From Asterias rubens (Eukaryota), in contig NC_047062.1 of the NCBI RefSeq assembly GCF_902459465.1, positions 3,596,001 to 3,660,000 of the forward strand: 64,000 bases of DNA. The letters are read 5' to 3'. Position numbers and translations under genes: made by a program. Below the pieces are notes generated by a model. It ran no database searches, was not told the DNA's origin, and worked only from the letters and a program-made list of their open reading frames with translations. Shown in pieces: positions 48,630 through 62,400 of this stretch (its first letter is position 1; each line of letters starts with the position of its first letter).

Positions 48630-50075
48630 AGGCATAAGGTCCTACCTATGTGTAGGACTCTAAACATTCGGGTGTTGAATTACTTTTAAAGTAGGGTAAT
48701 TTGACAGATTTAGGGCAGCTCTTGTACAGAATCACTAAGGGAGAACTAGGGTTGCAGGAAGATTCAGAAGGAAGATTACCTTATTATGTATATGAAGGAG
48801 AACTTAATACATTAAACATGGTGCATGATGTGAGTAAACATGGACTTGCCTGCAAATCAATAAACGGACTACAAAGAAGTTAAAATACAAAAAGGAATAT
48901 CTTCTGGCAAACTTAAATCCTTGATTCTGATTGGTTGATCAACACATCGCAACATGAGCAACGCGTCAAGTTTGCTTGAAGATAAGTCTGTTAGTGTTAA
49001 CACATGCGCACTCTTGGAATACAGACAAATATAGCGCGTCTCCATTTAATATGCTGCCCTCAGCCTTCTGCCTCGTGATAGAAACAAATGTTATTTACAG
49101 TGTGGAGTAATAGTATTAGTATGCAATTAATAATGACAAAAACTGTTCCTTTTTATGCCATACTCATATTTCTTACCACTGAGACTCAAGAGACCCAAGG
49201 TGCACACAAGAAGAAAAACCATGGAAGAAGATGCATCAGAAGCAGTCAACAGAAGACGTTTCACTTCTAACAAGATAGATGGGAACAGTTACAACAATGC
49301 GTGTTATCCCCATGATAGCCCAACAAAAGATGATAGTATTATTCTTCTGCATTTTCTGGAGGTTTTCTGGCAGCTCCATTGTCAGAAAGGATTAACAAGA
49401 AATGGGGGGTTAATTGTGTAATTTCATTGTTGGAAAGAGTCAAAAAAGTGTAGAACTTGTACAGACACTTATTTAAATCTTCCCAAATTCTCAGAAGTAC
49501 AAGAAAGTGTTATGGTTTACTGTACTTTCTTCAGTTTAAACGAATTTGAAAGCAAAAAAGATTTGTTAACAAGCTCAAGATTGGTGGATTTGGCTGCATG
49601 GTTGTCAGTGTTCCTATATATATCTATCCCTACCCACCATTCTCAGCACAGAAGAACATCAGACAAGCTTTTCTTCCCCCTGAAGCTTTGACCAGGTGGT
49701 TTTCTCTGCAATTTATTCCCATGACGTATTGAAAGCAGATAAAGTGGTGGGAACTGCTGGGCCGGATTAACACTTTGACTTCCTCAAACAGAAACCTTTC
49801 ATCACTTTACAATGGGACACAGTGAGCTGAGGGATCCAGATTTACCCCCGAACTACAGGTTTTTGCCTGAACTACTGACTTCTTACTCTGAACTATTTAC
49901 CTTACAAAGCTCTAGGTCTCTGTTAACAAACTTATCATGGTTTTTCTATTATTTGATCAAACAGGCACTTGGCTTTGTGCTATGCTTATGATGGTATTTA
50001 ACACTCGATCCTACTACCCTCACCATCCACTCCCAGCCAATCACAGCTCTCCATGCAAATGAGCCTGAGTAAATA

Positions 50076-50479
50076 ATGAATCCATTTAGGGCTGGCGGTA
50101 ATCACTATGATTACCTGGAGTCAGAGAGTGGTACAGCCATGCCAGGAGAGGAGGGTAATTCATCCATTGCCTACCAGCCTGTGGCCAACGCACCCAGCAA
50201 CCCACGACCGTCTCGTCTGGAGTTCCACCCGGAGGAGTACAATACAGCCAGAAGGAGCAGTTCCTCTCCAAGTATGCATCTGAGTAACAAGACGATCGTG
50301 TTTATTGCCGCAGTGATCGCAGCCTGTGTTGGTATCGCTCTCGGCGTGATCATAGGATGGTTCTCATCGCAAGCTCGAATGCAAGGGATGCAGAGTGATG
50401 TTTTGAAAGAAGGTGACGCCAGCGTTGGGAAGCTGCTGATGGATGAGATGAAAGCTGACAACATCAAGGAATATCTTAG
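50076..50479 (+). CDS. FOLH1: FOLH1-like coding exon 1 (cytoplasmic tail + TM)
   Basis: ORF 50076.. with [25 protein letters not shown]; donor AG|gtaggt. Confidence 0.9.
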
Positions 50480-53400
50480 GTAGGTTTTAATTAGTTTGAT
50501 TGAGTGAAAGACCGTATCCGAATTAGCGGCTATGGCTGGATTGCCATGTCATCATGCGTTGAAGTATAGGACCTCCTTGACTACAACCTTAGCAACAGTC
50601 GTAGCCAAAGCTGTAGCCGCCTATCTGTTCAGGTATGGCTTAATCATGGCTTGGTCAAGAAATAAAATGATTTGGCTTTGTCGAGGGAATATGCTCTTTC
50701 TTTCTGCACTTTTTTGAAGTTTCATGACAAAATGAACGAACAGCTGTTTTCTGTTTCTAACAAACATGTATAATGCATGATCTATGTTTACGCAGGGAGA
50801 GAAACATTTAATTTGCAATTCCTTGGTAATAAAACATTGCTTCTGTATTGTCACAAAATATACATTTGTTGTCCTTGTATCAAGATGACCCACAACTATT
50901 GCTCTGTAGGAGTTTGCCTCAATGTATATTTCTATCAGTTACTACATGCTGTACACAATGTTTACTGTCATACCCGTCAGGGTCATGTCAATATTTATTA
51001 TCTCTTCCATATCGCGAACCATCTCCTATAGACGGTCAGTACAATCGGTACTTTGTACTCGCTCAGTTGAAGAAAAAAAATTAAATAAATAACCACATAT
51101 AAACGATGCCCAATCTGCCGTGATATGTACAAAATATTTGTAGGTCAAGTTAACACATTGGGTACAATTGGATAGCCTTGAGTGGCAGACTTTATTCCCT
51201 CTGAGGTTAATTAAGAATTACCCAAAGAACATGTCATCCAGGCCTGTATGCTTCGTTTTTGAAAGGTTAAGGGCACCAAAGCATGTTCTCCTTGATAAAG
51301 GGCACCCTATGAGGAATTTGCAAGTTTCTACTTGGGCATTTCAAGGGCACCACCAAGGCAATGATCAGTGGGCATGGAGGCCATCGCCTGTATTGTCTCC
51401 ATGAAGTATCAGGCCTGGCATGTAATCCAAGATGATGGTGCTTGCATTATGGCCTACAGCTACGGGCAACTCATACATCAAACTGCTCAGTAGTAATTGC
51501 ACAGGTGTCCTGCAAATGTCAAACTGTTCATGGCAAAAAACCTTTCTCGCCTGTTTTGTGACTTGTTCTCATTGTTAACATTGAGACTGCCAGTTGCATG
51601 CCAGTTAGAGTTGGGTTACATAGCAATCATGATTTCCATATAAAATGGCAATTGAATGCCAGTTTGGCACTCGCTTTCAGACGAGCTTATGGGAAATGTA
51701 ATGTACAGTCGGGGAAAAAAGTTCAAGAAGTCTTGTGGTAATGTAATAGTTTCAAAACCTGAGTTTAATCCAAGCTTTCAATTGATTGTGGTTCATTTCA
51801 TGTCAGAGTCACGTACCCGATTCTTCAAATAAAGCAAACTGTGATTTGAGCCCTCCCTGCCAAAACCCCCCTGAAAACTTCAACAAGGTTTTAACAAATA
51901 GATTGTGCGTTAACCTTTTTGGAGGTAAAAAATAATTGTTGTCAACCCTTGGCCTGATTGAATAAAGCTTTTAAAAAAATTATGCTCCGCAATCTAAGCG
52001 CAAATTAGCAGGGAGCTGGTCACCATACGTTGCCTTGTAATCTGGCTGGTAACCTTTTTCTGCTTAGCAGGAATATTTCTTTGCTAAGCAGATGTGTTTG
52101 TTTGGTTCTATGAAATTTGAAACAGCTTTATGAAATATGGCCCATTTTTCTGCCAAAGTTCTTAATATTTCTTCCTTTCTGTTTGTGTTTTTTCTCCAGA
52201 TTATTTACCTCCACCCCCCACTTAGCCGGGACAGCGGCTGACAAAAAGAACGCTGACTACGTTCGAGATGAGTGGATAAAGTATGGCTTGAAACCGGTCC
52301 GTCAGAATGCCTACAATGTCCTTCTTTCTTATCCTGATAGCGTGAAACCCAATCGGGTGAGTTGATTCATGTAGGAGAAAAGTGATTAACGTAATTACAA
52401 TTTTTACAGATGTAACTTTGCTTATGTGTGTGGGGGGTTGGGGGGGGGGGATTTCAACAAAAACAAAAAACCTGTTTTGATGAATGCTATTTATAGAAAG
52501 GAATCAAGTGATATCAAAGGTATACCAAAATGTAATCTCTGGGCAATTTCTGCTTTTCAGGGCAATAGGCTGCCTACTTATAGATTGGGGTGGGTGGGGG
52601 GGTGTGTTCTGAGCTAAATTGACCATGCTGTTTTGTTTTCAAACTTTGACTTCTTCTTAAACAAAAATAATACCCTGCAACATTATAAAAACTCTCTGTT
52701 CGTGTTTTTTTTTTCTTTTTTTTTCTGGAACCCGGTCTGGAACTAGCTGTGAACAGTTGTGATACAGGCATGCAATTACATGCAGGTATTGGCCTTGCCC
52801 CCTTCAAAAGTTTCCCATTGACCTTAAAGATTTTCCAATGGAAGTGCCCTTTGAAAAAGGAAAATGGCATTGCCCTTTTATAGAGGAAAATGGCCTTGCC
52901 CTTTTATAGAGGAAAATGGCATTGCCCTTTTATAGAGGAAAATGGCATTGCCCTTTTATAGAGGAAAATGGCATTGCCCTTTTATAGAGGGAAATGGCCT
53001 TGCCCTTTTATAGAGGAAAATGGCATTGCCCTTTTATAGAGGAAAATGGCATTGCCCTTTTATAGAGGAAAACGGCATTGCCCTTTTATAGAGGAAAATG
53101 GCCTTGCCCTTTTATAGAGGAAAATGGCATTGCCCTTTTATAGAGGAAATTCCAGGCCTGTTGATAGATGGTGGGCTGGGTGGTGCCTGAACATTTTTCA
53201 GCACAGCTGCTGATATGGGTATGACCTTTCAGCAGATGTTTATATCAGTTTTATTCCCGTAGATCCTACTAAGGCCATTGCTAATGCCGAGGTGACCCCG
53301 ATCCTTTTTAGGTTTGATCTCTAGATATCCGCGAGCCCGTCATATATTTTGCAGGGAAAAAAAACCTTGTCCATAAAGTAGTGGAAACCAATCTCAGGAT

Positions 53401-56400
53401 TTTTAATTGGGAGATGAATTTGATATAAAGACTTGTGATATAGACCTGTAATACAGCTGCATTACAGGTGTATTACATAAGATTCCATTACATTATTGTA
53501 TAAGCTGTAATACAGCTAAATTATCTTAGAAAGATGTACAGTTACACAGTAAGATGTGTTTTGTGAGATGTGCTTTCCGACTCTCAAGAATTGAAAATTA
53601 ATCGTTAACTATGAAGTTACTTCACCAGATTCAAATATAACTTGCAAGTGGTTTATTATTCAGCAGATAAGCTGATTTCCACTTTTTTGTTTGCAGTAAA
53701 AAAAAATACTAACATTACTTACACTTATACAATTGTTGTTCAGTCATCTTTTTGGAACTACGAAGTTGCAGGTCCCAGTTTGGTACTTTTCTTTGTTTTT
53801 TATTCCCTGCTTGATCTCTGAATTCTTCTCACTCAAAATTTAGATTCCCAATTTATTTTTTAACAAGGAATATAATGCAGGTTCTTATATCACCCCAAGC
53901 CGGCCTTGAAATAAGCCATGACACCCACAGCAATTGCCTTGATGCCCTATGCTTCTTACCAGAGACAAATTGATGTGCCCCTTCATGTATGAAATTCAAG
54001 GCCTGACTTAAATGATGTTAACCTTGCTAAGAAATCCTAAGTTAAACAAATAATTAATTTAACATTTCAATTTCAATTGTTTCTGCGTGGGTTTGTGTCA
54101 AATGTATTCATTTAGTAATCTACTTCAGAACCCTCAAATTTATCAAATCCCAAATTGCTCGTTTGATAGTCATTTGGAAGTAATAGACTGGCCCCTTGCA
54201 TTAAGATGACATCATAAGCTCACACAGCGCTCTCTCAGAGGTCAAAGTCTGACCTAGCATTACCTAAAGACCATGTCACACACAGGGGCAGGGGCATACA
54301 GGCAGTCAATTCCAGGAAATCTCAAGTGAAGAAAAGCCATTCACAGCTCACTGTTCACATATTTTTCTTGGGGACTGGAATACATTATTCAAAGAATAAT
54401 TCATTTGGTCCTGACCCTGTAGCATGCACTACCTGCCACAAAGTTGCCTGTGGGTGCAGTGGTTGGACGACAGTAACTACCTCAACAAAGCAATAACATT
54501 TATCTACATATTTTTTTTACTGGTAGTCTCTGTATTTCTCCATATGTTTGGCTAATTAACATTCAAAAGTAATTTGGGATGCAATTATAAAACGATCACC
54601 TATTTATGGTTTATTGGCGAGCTGTAGAGCAGTGCGAGCCTATTGTAATAACAATTTCCGTCCATCCGGCAGTACGCGTTAAATTTTTTGGAAATGTTTT
54701 TTGTTTAAGTTTAAATCTTTGAGTTGAGTTGTTTTGGTATGAACGAGCCCAAGTGAGATTGATATAAATACAATTGCCAGTCATTTTGGGGTAATTTTCA
54801 AATATATTTCCAAATAATGTTGAAGTTTTTGGAATAAAAAAAATGTTAAAGTTTTTTGGGATGTACACAAAATGTTTAACAATTTTGTTCAGGCTCAAAC
54901 TTGGACATCTGGATCTAAAAGAAACAAACTCACGTTAAAATCTTAAAGTTTTGAAAACCAAAATCAAACTCTCTGTCATTGGTTCCAGTTGAATCACTGA
55001 AACAATGAAACACATAAATGATCATAACTCCTGATTGCAATGATGAACTGACTTCAAACTATTGCTTTTTGCATATTTAGATTCATATGATAAGATAAAC
55101 CTCTCTTTGCGCATCACTGGTTCCAGTTGAATGAGCTAAAACAATAAAAACCTTGAATGTTCATAACTCCTGATTGCAATGAGATAAAACTCAAAGAATT
55201 AATCACTGGTTTCAGTCGAATGAGCTAAAACAATGAACAAATTTAATAGGCATAACTCCTTTCCTCCTGACTTGAAACCTAGATCAAATATTACTTTTTA
55301 CATAAAGATGCATATGAAACAATAAAACTGAAGAGTGCAAACGTTGCTACTTACATGTATATAATATGAAAAGATGAAACTCAAAGATCACTAGTTCCAG
55401 TTGAATGAGCTAAAGCAATGAAAATCTTAAATGTCATAACTTCATACTTGTCAATGTCCCCACCCCTTTGCCCATCAGTTGATCAAATGATTGGTTTTTC
55501 TGTCAGTCATTGGTTCTATCTGGTGATCGGCAGCTTGCCATGGCAGCTTTGCTGTTCTAGTTTGTGTATTTTTTTTATTGCAGTTGTGTAAAAGACACTG
55601 GACACGTTTGGTACTTGTCAAAGACCACCAGATTTGTTACATGGTGTATCTCAACATAATATGCATAAAATAACAAATCTGTAAAAATTTGGGCTCAATT
55701 GGTCAATGAATTTGTAAAGAAAATGAAAGAAAGAAAAAACACTCATATAGCATTACTTTGTGTGCTTTCAGATGCATAATAAAAAGGCTTTAGCTGACTT
55801 TTACTATTTGAGTGAGAAATTACCTCTTTCTCCAAAACTATGTTACTTCAGAGAGATCAACAGCTCTCAGTTATTTTTTATGCTAAAAAATATTATTTTC
55901 AGTAATTACTGATAGTGTCCAGTGTAATTGTCAAAGACCAGTGTTCTCACTGGGTTTATCCCATCATAAGCATAAAATAACAAGCCTGTGAAAATTTGGG
56001 CTCAATCGGTCATCGAAGTTGCGAGAAAATGATGACAGAAAAACACCCTTGTTGGACGAATTTGTGTGCTTTCAGATGGGAATAAAAGACTTAACTAGCT
56101 AGAAGTATTTTATTATTTTATTGAGAAAATACCTCTTTCTCAAAAACTATGTTACTTCAGAAGGAGTCGTTTCTCACAATGTTTTATACTACAAACAGCT
56201 CTCCAATGCTCGATACCAAGTCAGTTTTTAAGTTAATATTTATTTTGAGTACTTACCAAACTAGTACCTTCCCTTAAAGCCATTGGACACTTTTGGTACA
56301 GGAAAAAAAAAAAAGGGTAATGGTGAAAGACTTCTCTTGAAATATTGTTCCATGAAATGCTTTACTTTTTGAGAAAACATTAAAGCAATATCAATTCTCA

Positions 56401-59400
56401 TCGAGAATTACGGATTTATTTTTAAAAACACATGTCATGACACGGCGAAACGTGCAGAAACAAGGGTGGGTTTTCCCATTATTTTCTCCAGACTGATTGA
56501 GCCTAAATTTTCACAGGATTGTTATTTTATGTAGAAGTTGTGATACACAAAGTGTGGGCCTTGGACAATACTGTTTTAATACCGAAAGTGTCCAATGGGT
56601 TTAAGACACTGTAGCCTTATAATAGCATTTCACCTGCCATCTCGAGGGCCCTATAGGCACACAGTGGATAGTAAAACCATGGTAAAACAAAATTTAAAAT
56701 AGTAAAATTCAGAACAGCTTAAAAAATCATTGAACCAAAAACAGAAGTCTTTCAGGGTTACAGAAACATAAATTTAAAACAATGAAACACGTCACTAAAG
56801 CATGGTGCATGATAGAAGTGAAAATATACCTACATAAAGGATTGATTGGTCGAGGCCCAATCAGGTGTCGTGCAACAAATACGCATGTATCATTGCTAAA
56901 GATGCCCGCTACGCCTGCGTGCTGGGTAACATGAACAGTGACATTGATCGTTCCCACCGTTGGTCGATTTCCAGCGCTGCTGGTGAAGGATTGTTGCTTA
57001 TTTGAACTGTTCGTCTGCTTTATTAAACCATGATTAAACTATGCATTGCTCCGTCTTAACATGACGATGACAACAGAACTTCGAGAAAAGGAATTACAAT
57101 AATACCAAGGTATAACAAAACAATTGTTGCACGCTGTGACTGGGGTCCATGGGTTTAGTATACCCTCAGTGGCTTCGCCTCGGGTGACATTTTCTGCCTT
57201 GGGTGTACAAAACGCCATGGATCCTGTCACAGCGTGCAGCAACAATTGTATAATGTACCATGACCTTTAAAATTAAAAATTAAATGTTTTAAGACACTTG
57301 ACACTATTGGTTATTGTCAAAGTATCTCAACATATGCATAACATAACAAACCTGTGAAAATTTGAGCTCAGTTGGTCATCGAACTTGCGAGATAATAATG
57401 AAAGAAAAAGCACCCTTGTCACCTGAAGTTGTGTGCTTTCAGATAGTTGATTTCGAGACCTCAAAATCTAATTCTGAGGTCTCGAAGTCAAATTTGTGGA
57501 AAATTGTTTCTTTCTTGAAAGCTATGTTACTTCAAAGGGAGCCGTTTCTCACAGTGTTTCATACTATCAACCTCCCCCCATTACTTGTTACAAAGTAAGG
57601 TTTTATTTATTATAACAATTATTTTGAGTAACTACCAATAGTGTTCACTGCATGCAAGTTAAAATTATAAGGCCATCGAAACCGTTCACAACCAAACAAA
57701 CACACAAATAATATTGAAACTAAATAATTTGAACAGACAGGCATCCCATTACAGTAACAAGGACAAAACCCAACCATTTAACAGTAACAGAGACTAACTC
57801 AATTCATGCCCACCAGCAAAGAAAAGAGGTTTTTATTATAATTTAAAAATAACAATAATAAGGGAATAAAAGGGTAGTGACGAGTTCTTCAACGTACCTT
57901 TAAAGCCAGCAGGGTCGGCAGCCGTGTGATAGGCTTGGGCCTTTAAGAACGAGTCACTACTCTTTTATTCCCATTCATTAATGCCCTTTTGTTAAAAAGC
58001 GTAAACAAATACAGTAATAATAAAATAATAATAATAATGAGAACTTATAAAGCGCACAAATCCATCAAAGTGCTCATGGCGCTAAATACAAAGAATAATA
58101 TTTACATGTACAATAACCAAAATTGAAACGTAAGCCTAAGCTAAGAAGAAATCCAGAACATGTTGAAGAGAAATACAGTACAAATGCAATATCAAAGAAA
58201 ACATCGAAGGGTAGAAGTCAAACCATTTTCTCAAATATTTGGTTGAAAAGATGTGTCTTAAGGTTTTTCTTAAATTGTGTTAAAGAAACAGATGATTTTA
58301 CTAGTGCTGGCAATTTGTTCCATAGGCGTGGGGCAGCATGTGAGAAAGATCGGTCTCCCCATGAATGATTGGATATGGGCTCAATAAGGAGACTAGAATT
58401 GTAAGACCGGAGTTTGCGAGGAGGATTGTATGGTTTGAGTAGATCATCAATATATGCAGGGGCATTGTTGGCGAGTGATTTATACACAAAAAGCAGAAGT
58501 TTATACTTAACTCTACTGCTTACGGGTAACCAGTGTAATTCTTTCAAAATCGGAGTTATATGACAGGACTTTTTATTTAAGGTGATAACACGAGCAGCAT
58601 AGTTCTGAATACGCTGAAGTCGTTCAATTTGAGTATTAGGAAGACCATATAGAAGTGAGTTACACATGTCAAGTCTGGAAACGACGACGGAGTGGACTAT
58701 TTGCTCAGTTGCTTTTTGTGTTAAATATTTCCTCACTTTGCCTATATTATGAATGTGAAATGTTGTAGAACGTGCAATACTAGAAATATGTGAATTAAGT
58801 GTCATGGAAGAGTCGAAGATCACACCAAGATTACGAGCTTTGGTAACAGCGGTAACTTCGGAGTCACCTATATTAATATGGGGAATAGTAACTTTAGAGA
58901 GTTGTTGGCGTGAACCAAGTATCATAAATTTAGTCTTGTTATCATTAAGTTTAAGGAAATTGTCTTGCATCCAAACACGAATTTCACCAACACACGTTTC
59001 AATACGACTGATGCTCTCATCAGCAAAATGTTTGGATGGTTTAAAAGAGAAATACAACTGAGTGTCATCAGCATATACATGATAGTTCAGTTTGTGTTTC
59101 AGGATGATGCTATGAACTGGGTAGGTGTACACCGTGAACCACAGCGGTCCAAGAACCGACCCCTGAGGGGCTGAAAAATCATGAACAACTGGGTCCGATG
59201 TGGAATTGCCAATGCGTACATGTTGTGGTCTGTTTTGCAAATAGGATTGGCACCATTTAAGGGCATTGCCCTGTAAACCAATAATATCACGTAGTCTCTT
59301 GAGCAAAATAGTGTGATCCACAGTGTCAAAAGCCGCACTTAAATCAAGCAGAATCAGGGCAGTCACATGGCCTTCATCCATAGCACATAAAATGTCATTT

Positions 59401-62400
59401 TGCACCCTTAATAGTGCCGATTCAGTGCTATGCTTGGACCTGTATGCTGATTGAAATTTATCAGCAAGGCCAGAGTCAGAGATAACAGTATTCAATCTGG
59501 AGGCGACTATGCGCTCAATGGTCTTGCCAACAAACTTCAAATTAGCCACCGGTCTGTAGTTAGAAAAAGTCTCAATATCTAAACCTGACTTCTTGATTAG
59601 GGGACAAATGTAAGCAGTCTTAAGACTGTCTGGAAAATTACCTTGCTCAAAGGACTTGTTCACAATAGTAGTAATAAGAGGTGCTAGAACATTAATACAC
59701 CTTTTAAGAAGATGTGTAGGTATGGGGTCCAGTTCACATGATTTAGAAGGAGACACTTTAACAATTGAAATTCGAGGTTGGAAATTTTTTTTTCTCCAAA
59801 ACTTTGTGAAGAATCTGTTTGACGTGCGTGGGTTGTGTGTACGCGCGCGCGCTTAGATTATGCTCTGGTAGCTATGATTTGCGCGTTCCGCGTGATAATC
59901 TTGTGCATAAACAGAGCTCCAGTGTGCATTAACAAAAGGCTTATGCACACCCACGTGACGCGCTCTCCACCAATAGGAGTAGAGAAACTGTCTGGGGTAC
60001 TTATGAATGAAAAATTATGATGGTGAATAGAAAGGTTAATTTATTTTCACTGAATAAGACATCATAATCATTATATTGTATTGTGTCAAAATTGACATAG
60101 TGTCAATTTAAAACCAACAGGCACATTTTGAAAATGCAGAAATTTACTTATATAAGTAAGGTATTCTGTGTCCCTTCCTTGTACATATTATAATAATCTC
60201 CTTCCTCTATGGTTCAAAGGATTTTATTTAGTCATCAAGCTTTTGAGTCAAAACAAAATGACATCACAGAGCACTGTTTTCAGGAGAGTCACTTTTGTCA
60301 AATTGTTTAACTCATTCCTCAAAAACTACAGCACCCCAGCAATTTTAGGGGAAGCTTTCTACCATCATTGGTTGAGGTAGTGCTTTCTGCTCTTCCGGCT
60401 AGGCTTTGAATTAAAGATACCCAAGCCTACATTCGTATGAACTGTATAAGGGATAACCCTGTTTCAGCCCTAGGAGTAGGTGGCAATGGCCTCTGGAAAA
60501 AATAATTGTAGCCCACACCTTGAAGTGGCCTTCATTAAAAAAAAAAAAATTGGCTTTGAACCGTGTAAGGTGAATTAAAAAATCTATGGATGTTTGTGTT
60601 TTTTGTTGTTCAACAAGTACCCAACCATGTAACTAAACTTTCAAGAAAACATAATCTCTATGGTTTTTTTCTCATTTGTAGGTGACAGTGCTGAACAGCA
60701 ACGGAACCACTTTCTCTGAGTCTAAAACCGAGGAACCACCCTTGGATGGTGAGACGATTAGAGACGATGTAGTCAAACCATTCAATGCCTACGCTGCTGC
60801 TGGTACAATTGAGGTAGGTCATAAAAACAAAACTAGTAGCTCCTTCCTACTGTCTGCCACATTCGCCATTTTGGGGAATCAAATTGTACACAAACATCTT
60901 ATCATTTTCAACTGTTTTACTTGTTCACCTTTTTTTTCATTTCAAATGTTTACCTTTGCACCTCTTTTCATCGCCAACTGTTTCCTTTTTCACCCTTTTC
61001 ATTTCAAAATTTTAACTTTCCACGTCTATTCAAGTTCAACTGTATACTTATTCACCTCTTTTCTTTTTCCAAATGTTTACATTTAAACCTTTGTGTATTT
61101 CCAACAGTCTTCTTTTCACCTTCAAGTTAAATTTCCATTCCAACTGCTTTGTTTTTCACCTCTTTTCTTTTCAAAATGTTTACTTTTACACCTTTGTTTA
61201 TTTCTAACAGTTTTCAGTTCACCTCTAAATTTCCAACTGCTTACTTTTTCACCTCTTTTCATTTTCAAACTGTTTACTTTTTTACCACTTTTTTCCCTAA
61301 CTGTTTACTTTTGAACTACTCTCCATTGCCAACTCAAATTGTATATCATTTTTACTGTAATTTGAACACTGTCCGTTACAGAATGAACTGGTGTATGTCA
61401 ACTATGGAAGAGTGGAAGATTTCCAGCGTCTTGAGAGAACGCTTGGGGTGAATGTGACGGGAAAGATCGCCATCGCTAGATATGGGAAGATTTTCAGAGG
61501 AGACAAGGTGACTTGTGTAATAATAACAATAATTAATAACTTAAGAATAATAATAATAACTTAAGAAAAATAATAATAATAATAACAACAATAATAGCAG
61601 GCATTTATGGAGCACTCTTACACAAGGTACCACGGCACTTAACAAGAAACAGTACAATAAGCAAATGAATAATGGTACTAATAATGGGAAAACCGTATGT
61701 CTTTAGCAATCAACCATTGAACAGGGAAAAAAATGAGATGTTTCTTGAAAACTTCAAGTGACTCGATCAGCTGAACAAATTTGATGAGTTAGAAATCTAG
61801 ATTGAGGTCATATGGAAGTGGGTCAATTAATAGGGGTCATCATGGTCCTGCAGGAGGTCAGAGGCTCCGTGAGGTCAGATAGATTTTAATAATTGTGATA
61901 CCATCTTGAAGGGCTTTACTGTGACTGCTGTTAGTCACTCATAAATTAGCCCAAGGTTTGTAGTGAACTGCACTTTGACTGTTGGTCGAGTGGATATGTT
62001 ATGACAATTTGTGTGCTTATGAGATAGTCTAACTGATATGTCTAGTCATTTTAAGAATATAGGTCTGTTCCTGATGGTGCTAGAAAAACAGGTTTTGGTA
62101 GAGACAAGTTTCGGAAGTCTTCATTACCATGTTGGACCCACGCTTGTTGGAGCTACACCTTGCATACCATACCAGGTTTCAATCCCATACAATATGTATG
62201 TCATTGGTATCCAAATTGTCCCTGCTCAGACCATCTCTCTGGTGGTGTTATTTTCAAGTACCACATTCAGCTCCTTTAAATTTTCATTAGCATAATTTGC
62301 ATATCATTAACATAAATTATAATAACCTCACTGTGTCTACGTATATTTACAGGTGAAGCAAGCTCAAATCTTTGGTGCTATTGGTTTAATCCTGTACTCT

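Noticed and set aside
49155-49421. 88-aa ORF just upstream of FOLH1-like exon 1
   Set aside because: No similarity to the family N-terminus, no recognisable motif, and no convincing splice sites.
2185-57598. Recurrent 60-82-aa ORFs (MSHEVVCFQMLDFETSNSKSEVSKSN..) at 2185, 12504, 13583, 28511, 36621, 45527 and 57362
   Set aside because: They are chance frames within family A MITE copies, with variable starts, stops and frames and no transposase motifs.
60921-61314. Phe-rich, membrane-protein-like ORFs
   Set aside because: Translation of the pyrimidine-rich intronic repeat.
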